A stretch of DNA of 64,000 bases from Thermoproteota archaeon (GTDB lineage Archaea; Asgardarchaeota; Njordarchaeia; Njordarchaeales; Panguiarchaeaceae). The stretch is from NCBI GenBank assembly GCA_024720975.1, contig JANJXX010000001.1:287408-351407 (forward strand), written 5' to 3'. Both the position numbers and the translations under genes were made by a program. Below the pieces are notes generated by a model that worked only from the letters and a program-made list of their open reading frames with translations, had not been told where the DNA came from and ran no database searches. Shown here piece by piece: positions 8,727 to 17,902 of this stretch (its first letter is position 1; every line of letters begins with the position of its first letter).

Positions 8727-9098
8727 CTATTTACCTTTTAGTATCGCTTGAGGGGTAATGAGTGTGTACTTCGCTTGCCTGCCACATAGATCGCATTTAG
8801 GCATCTTCGGTTTTCTTCTTGGCCATAGGAGCCACTTATGTTTCGGCGAGATTGACGTTAAGCTTTCAAGACAAAACTCACATATTGTTATTCCTAACTT
8901 AGCCGGTATCATAATGAAGCTCGCATCATGTAACTTGCACACATCACATTTAGTTATGTCTTTAAATATAGGTCGAGGTACTATAAAAGCTGACGCTGCA
9001 AAGCCGAGTAGCGTTAATAGTTCGATACACTTCTTGCAAACTCTGAGGGGCATATCAAGCTCTTTCCTGTCCTCTACTACTATACTCAAATCGAGCAC
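8727..9098 (-). CDS. Double C4 zinc-finger protein (internal duplication)
   Basis: Four CxxC pairs (CKKC, CDVC, CEFC, CDLC) arranged as two repeats of C..C.E.L...KCD.C...A. Confidence 0.7.
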   Translation of the reverse strand: MLDLSIVVEDRKELDMPLRVCKKCIELLTLLGFAASAFIVPRPIFKDITKCDVCKLHDASFIMIPAKLGITICEFCLESLTSISPKHKWLLWPRRKPKMPKCDLCGRQAKYTLITPQAILKGK

Positions 9099-9297
9099 CA
9101 GATTTTTCTACTTAACTAAGCTCACTAAGTACCTATTAGATTGAATATTGAGAATAGCTTTACTAATACATAATGCATAAATTCAGAATGATGACACCTT
9201 ACCTTATATAAAGGGCTGATTAAATCTTTTAACTCCCTTTAAAAATAGCTTGAGCCCCGAATATCATCAGCTATCTCTTAGTCTGGGTGCTAAGTGA

Positions 9298-11352
9298 ATG
9301 CTAATAAAGCTCTGGGAGCGAAGATTCGACTCTGAGATCAGGGGTATTCATGTAGCTGATATAAATTCTGATGGACTTGATGAAGTGATCTTAGCCAGCC
9401 ACGATTCTAGGATATATGCAATCTCACATAATAAGGTTTTGTGGTCAACTGAAGAACAAGAGTTTCCCGGTGAGAATGTTACGGTTATTAAAACATCCAT
9501 GGGAAAGCCCTACCGCATCGTTGGTTCTTTTCATAAGGAGTTGATATACTTCGATTTAGAGGGAAAAAAACTCCATAAGACATCATTATCCTCCTGGATT
9601 GTGCGTCTGATCAATATCGGTCCTAGTAAGTATGGCATTGATGCACTACTAGCAGTAGACCTCAGGGGAACAATTTATTGCGTTGATCCAGAGGGGAATA
9701 TTTCATGGAGACTTGAAAAGGCGTTTCAAGAGAACAGTCTTAACCGTATGCTATATGGAATAGCTGTTGATAATGAGTTACAAAGAATTTTTCTAGCTGA
9801 TAGGCATGAAATTAAGGTAATAGACTTCGATGGAACTCTAAGACAAACTAAGAGTATAACCCGCGAGGATATTCATGGAATAGCGATAGTTAATATCGTT
9901 CAAGAGAGCCACCACAAAGTAAAGATGCTCGCTGTTGGAACAAGAGGGGGAGTTATCCTCCTTGATCTTGTCACTCTAAAGGAATTGGCGAGGACTGATC
10001 TTGGTTCTAAAAGAGAAACCCGTGTACTGCTATCATGTGACATCAACAGCGACATGAACGATGAAGTATTCATAGGCTCTTGGTCCGAGGATCAAGTGAT
10101 TGTCCTGGAATACAATGAGAAAGAGAAAAAGCTGAAGGAAATAGCAAAATACAACATTGAAGGAAATCCACTCTGCATCCTAGCTGGCGATTTTCGCGGC
10201 TGTTTTCAGAAGGAGATTGTTATCGGAACTGATGGGGATCGCGCCTATGCAGTAATCTGGCCTAAAGACGTTATTGAGCTCGAGGCTAGCGTCTCATTGC
10301 ACAGCATTTGTTTTGGAAATACCTTAGGATATGGTCCACAGGACATTTTACTTAGGTCTAACAAGGAAACAATGACTTGCTATTCTTTTGTTCCGCGCGT
10401 GTGGTCAAAACTCAATAACTTTAATACTCTTGAGGGCATGCTGTATGCAATAATACCATCAACTGCAAAGATTAAGACCGATAAAGTTGTTATACTTGAT
10501 ACGAAAAATCGAAAGGTAGCCAGCGCATCTCTTGATAAGAAAAAGATATCACTTTGTGAGATACCATTTAAGGCAGCGTATAAAGGAGGTATATCCGAAC
10601 TTACTGTTGAAGTTGACAACAAAGCGCTTCTGAGAAGTTTTATTTTAGTCCCAGACACTGGTAAATTGACGGTGCTTACTAGGAGCCTTGCCTTGGCCGA
10701 AGAGGACATTATCACTATAGATGATATAAAAGTCGATAAAAAAGAACTAGAGGTCAAATCCAGAGGACTCGAAATAGTCAAAACCCTTGTCAAGGACAAC
10801 AAACTTAAGCTAGGGGTGGTAAGGAACACTAGTGATATAGCCCGCGTGGAAATTTCAGTGTACTCTTACAACGAGCAAAACAAAGAGAGACAAATGATGC
10901 TAAAATACAATTTCATGGTAGTTCCATTGGAAACATTACGTGCTGAGTTACAAATTGATGAGATGATCACTACCGAAGACGCTATAACTCTCCATTTGCG
11001 GAATAACTCTGGAAAAGAGATACCATACAATATCATCAGCGATGGTCCCCTCAATATTAAAGCTTCTGGCGAGCTTTTGCCCCATTCAGAGAAACCCGTG
11101 AAACTTACAATTTCAGTAAAATCTGATGAACTGCAGATTGAAGTAAACCAGGTTCTAGATCTAACGTATGGAGATTACTTAAGGAGGACAATCAAAATCC
11201 CGATTAGATCTCGCGTACTGAATGTAAGCGCTATCAATGAGCGCGCTAGACGGATATATGCGGCTACCAAAGACCTAAGAGTCGTTTTCGAGACTCTGAG
11301 TAAAGATTTGAATTTGTCCGAAGAAGTTCTTAAGAAGGTCGTAAGATTGTAG
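9298..11352 (+). CDS. Cytoplasmic FG-GAP-type beta-propeller protein with C-terminal beta-sandwich domains (BBS2/BBS7-like)
   Basis: Repeats ADINSDGLDEVILASHD, CDINSDMNDEVFIGS and GDFRGCFQKEIVIGTDG. No signal peptide. Beta-rich C-terminal half ending in a short helical tail. Confidence 0.6.
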   Translation: MLIKLWERRFDSEIRGIHVADINSDGLDEVILASHDSRIYAISHNKVLWSTEEQEFPGENVTVIKTSMGKPYRIVGSFHKELIYFDLEGKKLHKTSLSSWIVRLINIGPSKYGIDALLAVDLRGTIYCVDPEGNISWRLEKAFQENSLNRMLYGIAVDNELQRIFLADRHEIKVIDFDGTLRQTKSITREDIHGIAIVNIVQESHHKVKMLAVGTRGGVILLDLVTLKELARTDLGSKRETRVLLSCDINSDMNDEVFIGSWSEDQVIVLEYNEKEKKLKEIAKYNIEGNPLCILAGDFRGCFQKEIVIGTDGDRAYAVIWPKDVIELEASVSLHSICFGNTLGYGPQDILLRSNKETMTCYSFVPRVWSKLNNFNTLEGMLYAIIPSTAKIKTDKVVILDTKNRKVASASLDKKKISLCEIPFKAAYKGGISELTVEVDNKALLRSFILVPDTGKLTVLTRSLALAEEDIITIDDIKVDKKELEVKSRGLEIVKTLVKDNKLKLGVVRNTSDIARVEISVYSYNEQNKERQMMLKYNFMVVPLETLRAELQIDEMITTEDAITLHLRNNSGKEIPYNIISDGPLNIKASGELLPHSEKPVKLTISVKSDELQIEVNQVLDLTYGDYLRRTIKIPIRSRVLNVSAINERARRIYAATKDLRVVFETLSKDLNLSEEVLKKVVRL

Positions 11353-11447
11353 TACCATTAGAATAAACCGACAAACAAATTAGCACTCGAACTAAAACAC
11401 ATAAGGATTGTATTGTATATGTCGTGTAAAGAGATACATGACTAATT

Positions 11448-11825
11448 CTATGCTGCTATCTTTAAATGAACCCAAACATCGTTGGGTACAGGAAGAGCGG
11501 CGATTAGTGCCAGATCTCTCGACGAAATCTCGCAAACAATTAGACGCCTATGAATACTCAATGCGAAGTGGTCAAATGTATCTGACCCCTGTCCACAGGG
11601 AGTCCGGCGAGCATGCACCCAAAGTCGCTTTGTTGGCAGTCTAACAAAGCTAACCTTATAGTTCCTAGTTTTAAGTGCTTGAACAATAGCATTTGCAAAT
11701 TTGTCTAATGAGTTATAATCGAGTCCTATGAGCTTTATATGGACAGGTTTTGCGTGCTTAGTTCTAGTGGATGGTCTTCGATGCATGGGTCTCCTTTCTC
11801 CTCTTTGTTGTTGTTGGCTTTGCAA
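11448..11825 (-). CDS. rps10p: 30S ribosomal protein uS10 with Gln/Arg-rich N-terminal extension
   Basis: VRLPTKRL..RRTPCGQGSDTFDHF..IHRRLI. Start placed at TTG 11825 downstream of a GGGGTG SD. Confidence 0.93.
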   Translation of the reverse strand: MQSQQQQRGERRPMHRRPSTRTKHAKPVHIKLIGLDYNSLDKFANAIVQALKTRNYKVSFVRLPTKRLWVHARRTPCGQGSDTFDHFALSIHRRLIVCEISSRDLALIAALPVPNDVWVHLKIAA

Positions 11826-11907
11826 ACTTAAACACCCCAGTATGATATCACATTGATTGCATTTTAATATTATTAAAAGTCTCCGAGAGATTTTAGGCGA
11901 TATGTAA

Positions 11908-12339
11908 TTGCCTGCAAGAAAGAATGAGATCATTACAGACTTTCATAAACTGTGGGCAAAGATCGTTGAGGAGTTAAAAGAAGAGGAAAGTTGTGTCGTT
12001 GTTGAGGGTATTAAAGATAAGAAAATTCTTCTCATGATCGGTATACCACCCAACAAGATAATTTGCGTCAGTTGCAGCAAGTTAGATCATATTGTCAATA
12101 AGATCTCTTTGAGATTTAAACGTACCTACTTGTTATTAGACCGCGATGCCAGAGGACGACAGAAGATGCATATTCTTAGACGAATGCTTGAACAAAATCG
12201 TATCGAAGCTATAGATTTATGGGAGCATATTTTCTATCCCCTCAAAATACGTGGTTTCAAATCGATTAGAAAAGTTGAAGAAATGAAAAAGATTGCACTC
12301 ATCATAAGCGAAAACACACGATACTGCGACACAGACTAG
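11908..12339 (+). CDS. Small TOPRIM-domain protein (RNase M5/primase-like)
   Basis: VVVEGIKD and LLLDRDARG TOPRIM motifs. Confidence 0.85.
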   Translation: MPARKNEIITDFHKLWAKIVEELKEEESCVVVEGIKDKKILLMIGIPPNKIICVSCSKLDHIVNKISLRFKRTYLLLDRDARGRQKMHILRRMLEQNRIEAIDLWEHIFYPLKIRGFKSIRKVEEMKKIALIISENTRYCDTD

Positions 12340-12347
12340 CCGTAATC

Positions 12348-12998
12348 TTACTGGGGATTCCGCTTTAAGGAGGTAAAACTTCGACCAGCCAGCAGTAAAT
12401 TAATGCACTCCTTATTGGTGTACTTTCCGTCTTCGAATTTTGCCAGACATATTTTCCTGACCCTTGAAATTCTCTCGATTCTAAGGAAGTTGAAACCGAA
12501 CTTTAGATAGTATTTGAACCAAAAAGGTCTTCCTTGGTATACATTCTCGATGGTAGTCACTATAAAGACGCAGCCAAGCACTTCCGAAAATATCTTGCCC
12601 AGTAATAGGAATTTAGATATTTTCTTTTCCATTTCCATGCTGCCAGTATGTTTTATAAGCGCATCGCGGGGAACTATATCATCTATCAATATAGCCACAT
12701 TTGGCTTTGTAACGCCATTTTTATTAATCTCATCCAGTACCTCAAGTAGCGTTTCTCTAAGTAAGTTAGAATATTCATTAAGGGAAACATCTTCGTAAGC
12801 GCAAATTAATTTGATTCCCTTGGGAACACTGCTGAGTTCTTCCCTTACGATCATAAAAACCCTATAGTTCAAATATTCAACTAAAAATCTAGCAAGTGCA
12901 AGAAGAAGGGCTGATTTACCGACTCCACGCTCACCAAAGATAACCAGAGGGGAGTATTCCAGTACACTCTTTAAGAAGTTTTCGAACTCTAGCTGCAA
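12348..12998 (-). CDS. Divergent RecA-superfamily P-loop ATPase (Rad51-paralog-like)
   Basis: Walker A GERGVGKS, Walker B ILIDD and FIVTT strand. Confidence 0.55.
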   Translation of the reverse strand: MQLEFENFLKSVLEYSPLVIFGERGVGKSALLLALARFLVEYLNYRVFMIVREELSSVPKGIKLICAYEDVSLNEYSNLLRETLLEVLDEINKNGVTKPNVAILIDDIVPRDALIKHTGSMEMEKKISKFLLLGKIFSEVLGCVFIVTTIENVYQGRPFWFKYYLKFGFNFLRIERISRVRKICLAKFEDGKYTNKECINLLLAGRSFTSLKRNPQ

Positions 12999-13039
12999 GC
13001 GAGTAACCTTGTTGTTTTGGTTGCACTATTTTAGCGAAG

Positions 13040-13113
13040 TGGGGGGTGTGGGATTCGAACCCACGACCACTGGCGCCCAAGGCCAGCATCCTTCCTGGCT
13101 AGACTAACCCCCC
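13040..13113 (-). tRNA. tRNA-Pro(TGG), no intron
   Basis: Acceptor GGGGGGT/ACCCCCC, anticodon arm CTGGC-CTTGGGC-GCCAG, T-loop GTTCGAATC. Confidence 0.95.
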
Positions 13114-13283
13114 ATAGCATGCATTGGGCAATTTCAATTCCTTCTAAAACCACCTTCGGTACCATACTATAAATATTGTTGTAACTCTCTTGATAATTTA
13201 AAGTTAAGACTTGATTATAAATGACGGTTGTATAAAACTGCCCAGCCAATCTTCAACATGTCATCAATTATGGTGTTTCTATC

Positions 13284-15407
13284 ATGTTCAGACCCTACAA
13301 ATCCCTGATAAGTATCATAAGAGAACTTATCTTAAAGGCTTTGAAGACGCTTAATGTAGATGTCGCTGAGGATGATATTAAAGTTGAGGAGACAAAATCT
13401 AGAATCCACGGTGATTTCTTTACCACAGTTGCATTTGCGATAGCGAAGAATCTATACAGAGAAAATTTTAAAGCCAACGCCGTGAGGCTAGCTGAGGAAT
13501 TAGCGAAAAAAATCAATGAAATCAAACCTGACGTCATCAGTCACGTGAGAGCTGAAAATGGATATATTAATTTCTTCCTCGATCGTGGTGCATTCGCAAA
13601 ATTTGTTCTTGAGGGATTAATGAAAGACCGAGAGAAATTCGGTAAATTCACTGAAGAATCTGAAAATATCATTATCGAACACACTTCTGCAAATCCCATT
13701 CATGCACTGCATATCGGTCATGCTAGGAATGCTTTTATTGGAGATTGCTTAGCGCGGATTTATAAATTCGTCGGAAACAAGGTTTCAAGAAGATTTTACA
13801 TCAATGATTGCGGCAAACAGGTTGCCATGTTAATTCTCGGACTAAAGGCGCTTGGGAAAATACCATCGAATACTAAAGTGGACCATTTCTGCGGAGCTGT
13901 GTATTCGTGCATAGCCTCGATTGTAGAGTTACATAAAAGTCTTAAGAATGCTATCAAAAACATAGATCAACTGAGGGCTACTTTAAGGAAAATAAATACC
14001 AATAACCACTTATACGACTCACTCATAAGAAACTTGGTGCGCGATATCGCCCTAGGGCACCATGAGATTGCGAAGAGAGTAAAAGCTATCACTGAAAACT
14101 CCAGCGAGGTTCTTGACAATCTAATCGCACGGTTGGAAGTTTCTACAGCATCCATAAAAAACTCGTTTGAGATTTTGGCCTCGATTGCAGCTAAATGGCC
14201 TGCGATATATTACAATCTAAGTAATGGGCTTAAGGGAAATGTTCCGGCTAGAATTAGTCAGATAATTAGGGATTACGAGAGGCAAAATGAAAATATCACT
14301 AAATTCGTAAGAGAGACACTTAACAAGGTCCTAGATAGTCTTACGGAAACTCTTGATTTCCTGCGGATATATTTCGACGCCTATGATTGGGAGAGCGATC
14401 TTATCTGGAGTGGGATCGTTGAAGATATCCTACGAAAGCTAATGGAGAGAGGATATGCTTGCAAGGATGAGAAATCAAACGCAATATTTCTTGATGCACG
14501 AAAAATCCTTAAGGACTTTCCAGAAATGCAAGAATTCTTCCTTGATGGGAGAAAAGATATCAAATTTGAGGAAATTAAAAACCCCGTCCTCGTTCGCAAA
14601 GATGGATCGACACTATATCTGCTGCGCGACATAGCATATGCTTACTATAAGTTGCTCTTTCTCAAGGCTGATAAAGCAATCAGCGTGATAGGAATTGACC
14701 AGAAGCTTGAACAGAAATATGTTGTATTGGCATTAAGATCATTGGGGATCACTAATGTTCTTCAAAGATATAAACATGTAGCATATGAACTCGTTAGACT
14801 CCCAGGTCGAAGAATGTCATCCCGAAAGGGACAATACATTACGCTTGATGAGATTCTATGGGAGACTATCAAAAGATCTTACGATGAAGTCGAAAAAAGA
14901 TACAAGGAACTTGGGGATATGCCTAAATACGCATTAGCCAAGGAGATAGCCATCGGTGCTATTAAGTATGCACTTCTCAGCCAAATACCAACGAAAGTCA
15001 TTACGTATGACTGGAATCGAGTGTTAGACTTCGAGCAAAATTCAGGACCATTCATTCAATATGCACACGCTAGGGCTGCTTCTATACTCCGAAAAGCTTT
15101 TTGGAAAATTCCAGAAGATTGTAACTTATCTCTACTAAGAGAGCCAGAAGAATTCGAATTAATCTACAAAATATCAAAATTTCCGGAGGTTCTGGACGAA
15201 GTCATTAGAACTTCTAGGCCGGATATTCTAGCTGAGTATACAAATGAATTGGCAATGTTATTCAACAAATTTTACCAAAAGTGTCCAGTTTTGAGTGCTG
15301 AAGATGCAGAACTAGGAAAAGCTCGTCTATTGCTTGTAGCAACATTTAGAAGTGTTATAGCAACCGCAATGAAATTGATGGGAATAACTCCTCTTTATCG
15401 CATGTAG
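13284..15407 (+). CDS. argS: Arginine--tRNA ligase with helical insertion
   Basis: EHTSANP, HIGH, RMSSRKG and SGPFIQYAHAR motifs. Confidence 0.97.
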   Translation: MFRPYKSLISIIRELILKALKTLNVDVAEDDIKVEETKSRIHGDFFTTVAFAIAKNLYRENFKANAVRLAEELAKKINEIKPDVISHVRAENGYINFFLDRGAFAKFVLEGLMKDREKFGKFTEESENIIIEHTSANPIHALHIGHARNAFIGDCLARIYKFVGNKVSRRFYINDCGKQVAMLILGLKALGKIPSNTKVDHFCGAVYSCIASIVELHKSLKNAIKNIDQLRATLRKINTNNHLYDSLIRNLVRDIALGHHEIAKRVKAITENSSEVLDNLIARLEVSTASIKNSFEILASIAAKWPAIYYNLSNGLKGNVPARISQIIRDYERQNENITKFVRETLNKVLDSLTETLDFLRIYFDAYDWESDLIWSGIVEDILRKLMERGYACKDEKSNAIFLDARKILKDFPEMQEFFLDGRKDIKFEEIKNPVLVRKDGSTLYLLRDIAYAYYKLLFLKADKAISVIGIDQKLEQKYVVLALRSLGITNVLQRYKHVAYELVRLPGRRMSSRKGQYITLDEILWETIKRSYDEVEKRYKELGDMPKYALAKEIAIGAIKYALLSQIPTKVITYDWNRVLDFEQNSGPFIQYAHARAASILRKAFWKIPEDCNLSLLREPEEFELIYKISKFPEVLDEVIRTSRPDILAEYTNELAMLFNKFYQKCPVLSAEDAELGKARLLLVATFRSVIATAMKLMGITPLYRM

Positions 15408-15419
15408 ATAAAATTCGCG

Positions 15420-15716
15420 TTAGATAATTCCAAGTGAGCTAGCTATGTCTATAGCAGAGTACTCGGGCTTAAGTTTGACAATAGCCTTCTTCTCACCCTG
15501 AGGCGTTATTGCTGTCCAGACTTTTTCTACTCGAACATCAAAGGCCTCCTCCACTGCGCGTTTAATCATTGACTTATTAGCGCGGCGATCTACAATAAGG
15601 GTTAACTTATTTCCTCTGCGTATGAGATCTATTGCTTTCTCTGAAACAACAGCTCTGATTATTATCTCCGATGACCTCAGAGTTTCAACTTTTTTTCTAT
15701 AAACTGATTCGCTCAA
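15420..15716 (-). CDS. rpl23p: 50S ribosomal protein uL23
   Basis: [25 protein letters not shown] motifs. Confidence 0.96.
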   Translation of the reverse strand: MSESVYRKKVETLRSSEIIIRAVVSEKAIDLIRRGNKLTLIVDRRANKSMIKRAVEEAFDVRVEKVWTAITPQGEKKAIVKLKPEYSAIDIASSLGII

Positions 15717-16511
15717 CTAGTATCCCCTCATCTTCCCATACCTACTATTGATGATTTCAGGAAGCTTAAGAATTGCTTTTTTCGACCATATACAAAGTCT
15801 CGCTGGCCAGCCCCCTGGTGCCACATTTATAACTGATAGATTATCCACTACCTTAACATCAACTCCTTCAAGATTCCTGGCGGCACGTATTAAAGGCGCA
15901 TCCTTAGTTGATACTATTATTAATGGTCCCTTCTTTCTCTTATACTTCCGCCCACGTCTTTTTCCTTTTCCGGCTCTGACTCTGCGGCCAGCTTCAACCC
16001 TATCGAGCTCATCTTTAAGGCCCAGGTTGACTAGTACTTTGCGCACGTCTCTTGTCTTAGAAATGTTTTCAAATTCATCCACAACAATAATTGGCAATTC
16101 ACGAACGAAATCAATTCTGTGTCCTCTAAACTGTACTAAAACGGAGTCTTTAGTTGCAGCAATTGCAGATTTTAAAGCGAGAACTTTCTCTTTCTTATTG
16201 ATAAATTTGACCAATCTCTTGTAAGGTTTAGGAGCTCCTATACGATACCCCCCAACAACATTTGCGGCCATAGCTGCACGCCCAAAGCCCTCGATTCGCC
16301 TAATGCGAGCAATATCAAACCCGGCTCCTACAGACCACGCTACTGCTCTTCTACCGGCCATAGGGGATTTACCATAGGGGGTGAACTTTTTACTATACGC
16401 CGCTATGAAGGCTCTCCGTATTAGATCTGGTCTTATAGGGGTCTCAAATACCTCAGGTAGCTCTATTTCTTCAACTCTATTGCCATTGAAATCGTATATA
16501 CCAACCTTCAT
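15717..16511 (-). CDS. rpl4p: 50S ribosomal protein uL4
   Basis: PIRPDLIRRA, INKKEK, RAGKGKRRGR and APGG..ARL motifs. Confidence 0.97.
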   Translation of the reverse strand: MKVGIYDFNGNRVEEIELPEVFETPIRPDLIRRAFIAAYSKKFTPYGKSPMAGRRAVAWSVGAGFDIARIRRIEGFGRAAMAANVVGGYRIGAPKPYKRLVKFINKKEKVLALKSAIAATKDSVLVQFRGHRIDFVRELPIIVVDEFENISKTRDVRKVLVNLGLKDELDRVEAGRRVRAGKGKRRGRKYKRKKGPLIIVSTKDAPLIRAARNLEGVDVKVVDNLSVINVAPGGWPARLCIWSKKAILKLPEIINSRYGKMRGY

Positions 16512-16520
16512 TTGAATCCC

Positions 16521-17807
16521 CTAGGAAAATTGAATTTGTGGAATAAAGTTAGCTAGTTCAAAGACAGATGCTATATCCTCGCGACTTAACAGTAACTCAC
16601 GCCCATAGTAAATTGAGATTATATCAACATCCTTCCTCAAAACCTGGGAACGCACAGCATATCTAAGTACTAATAGCCTCTTTGGCGGGCCCTGGCAGCT
16701 ACCTCGTATTATTACAACGTCGTTTTGAATTATTCCATAATGCGGCCACCCACCAGATGGCGTCATCTTCAATGCATAAGACTCTACTTCTGGCTCTACT
16801 GCCTCTTTCCTCTTTGGTTTAAGGCCCAATTTTTCTATAATTGCACTCTTGACCTCGGGTGCAACGTTTGATAAATCTTTTAATCTCAGCGTATCCATTC
16901 TTCCCAATTCGTAGGGCTCCTGACCTTCACTTAGTTCATCTGAAAAGTTGTATCGAATATTATACCAGTGCGGAATCAATGCTACTATTTGCTTGTTGAA
17001 TTCTGTTCTACGAAAGAATCCCAGCTGACCTGGTCGGGGGACTGTCCACATTATTCTTGCTGGAGTCCATGGACCTAGCGAACCTACTTTCCTATGCCCT
17101 TTTTTGAATTTCTCTGGAAGTAGTTTAACACCAAATCGCTTAATGACACTGGCGAAACCTTTTCCCTTGGTAACTCCAATAACGTCAACGAATGTACCAG
17201 GCTCGAATACTTCAAATATCCTAACGAACCTACCGAGTTTCTCCATGCCCCACTTAAAAGCTTCCCTATTTTCGCCACCAATTTTTATCTCCAAGACCTC
17301 TGGTTTCTTCTTTCCTAATGTAGTCAGGTTTGGACTCGTGCGAACAATAGCTCTTATCTCATCAACTTTCCCTTCATCGATAGCATCTTCGATAGATCCT
17401 ATCTTCTTTTCTGCCTCGTCTCTTAACACAGTAATGGGTTTTTTGGGTATTGGAAACTTTCTCTTTAAATACTTCTTCTCATATGTGCTCCAATATGGTG
17501 TCCAAACTTCGTTAAGCACTTTAAGTCCATACGGATCCGCTGTATAAGCTCTAAGCGCTAAGATTCTTAGGGGTGGTGCTTCAAGGACTGTAGCAGCGAC
17601 TACGCGTTCTATTCCATGCCACATTGCACGTTCACTTACAAGCAGATTTTTCTCTAGTACTGAGACCATACCAACTTTATAGACTGGATAGCCTAAAATG
17701 CCAACCCTGTCTGTTTTAGGCCAGGATATAATGTTGGGATATATTCTCCGCGCTCTTTTTCTCCTGAAACCAAGTGAGCCATGACGAGGTGCATGATATT
17801 TGACCAT
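16521..17807 (-). CDS. rpl3p: 50S ribosomal protein uL3 with large insertions
   Basis: PRHGSLGF, VDVIGVTKGKGF, GSLGPWTP and TPSGGWPHYG motifs. 428 aa. Confidence 0.96.
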   Translation of the reverse strand: MVKYHAPRHGSLGFRRKRARRIYPNIISWPKTDRVGILGYPVYKVGMVSVLEKNLLVSERAMWHGIERVVAATVLEAPPLRILALRAYTADPYGLKVLNEVWTPYWSTYEKKYLKRKFPIPKKPITVLRDEAEKKIGSIEDAIDEGKVDEIRAIVRTSPNLTTLGKKKPEVLEIKIGGENREAFKWGMEKLGRFVRIFEVFEPGTFVDVIGVTKGKGFASVIKRFGVKLLPEKFKKGHRKVGSLGPWTPARIMWTVPRPGQLGFFRRTEFNKQIVALIPHWYNIRYNFSDELSEGQEPYELGRMDTLRLKDLSNVAPEVKSAIIEKLGLKPKRKEAVEPEVESYALKMTPSGGWPHYGIIQNDVVIIRGSCQGPPKRLLVLRYAVRSQVLRKDVDIISIYYGRELLLSREDIASVFELANFIPQIQFS

Positions 17808-17902
17808 GCTTTTGCACCATTGAACGCTCGGAAAAACATAGTCGGAACTTTATTCGTTTATAAATTTACTCCAAAGTATTGTTAATAAGTCTAGGTGTTT
17901 AA

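Noticed and set aside
9188-9219. ATGATGA...CTGA pair suggesting a C/D sRNA
   Set aside because: Only 21 nt separate the boxes, there is no D'/C', and the spacer contains a TTATATAAA likely serving as TATA box for the divergent genes.
13031-13249. ORF-track ORFs overlapping tRNAs (also 24673-24888, 31806-32003, 32077-32295, 32286-32603)
   Set aside because: Shadow frames over GC-rich tRNA genes.
15748-16224. Long antisense ORFs (e.g. 923-1309, 10380-10829, 17104-17547, 26869-27396, 32722-33165, 43225-43701)
   Set aside because: Antisense shadows of well-supported genes, with no motifs of their own.
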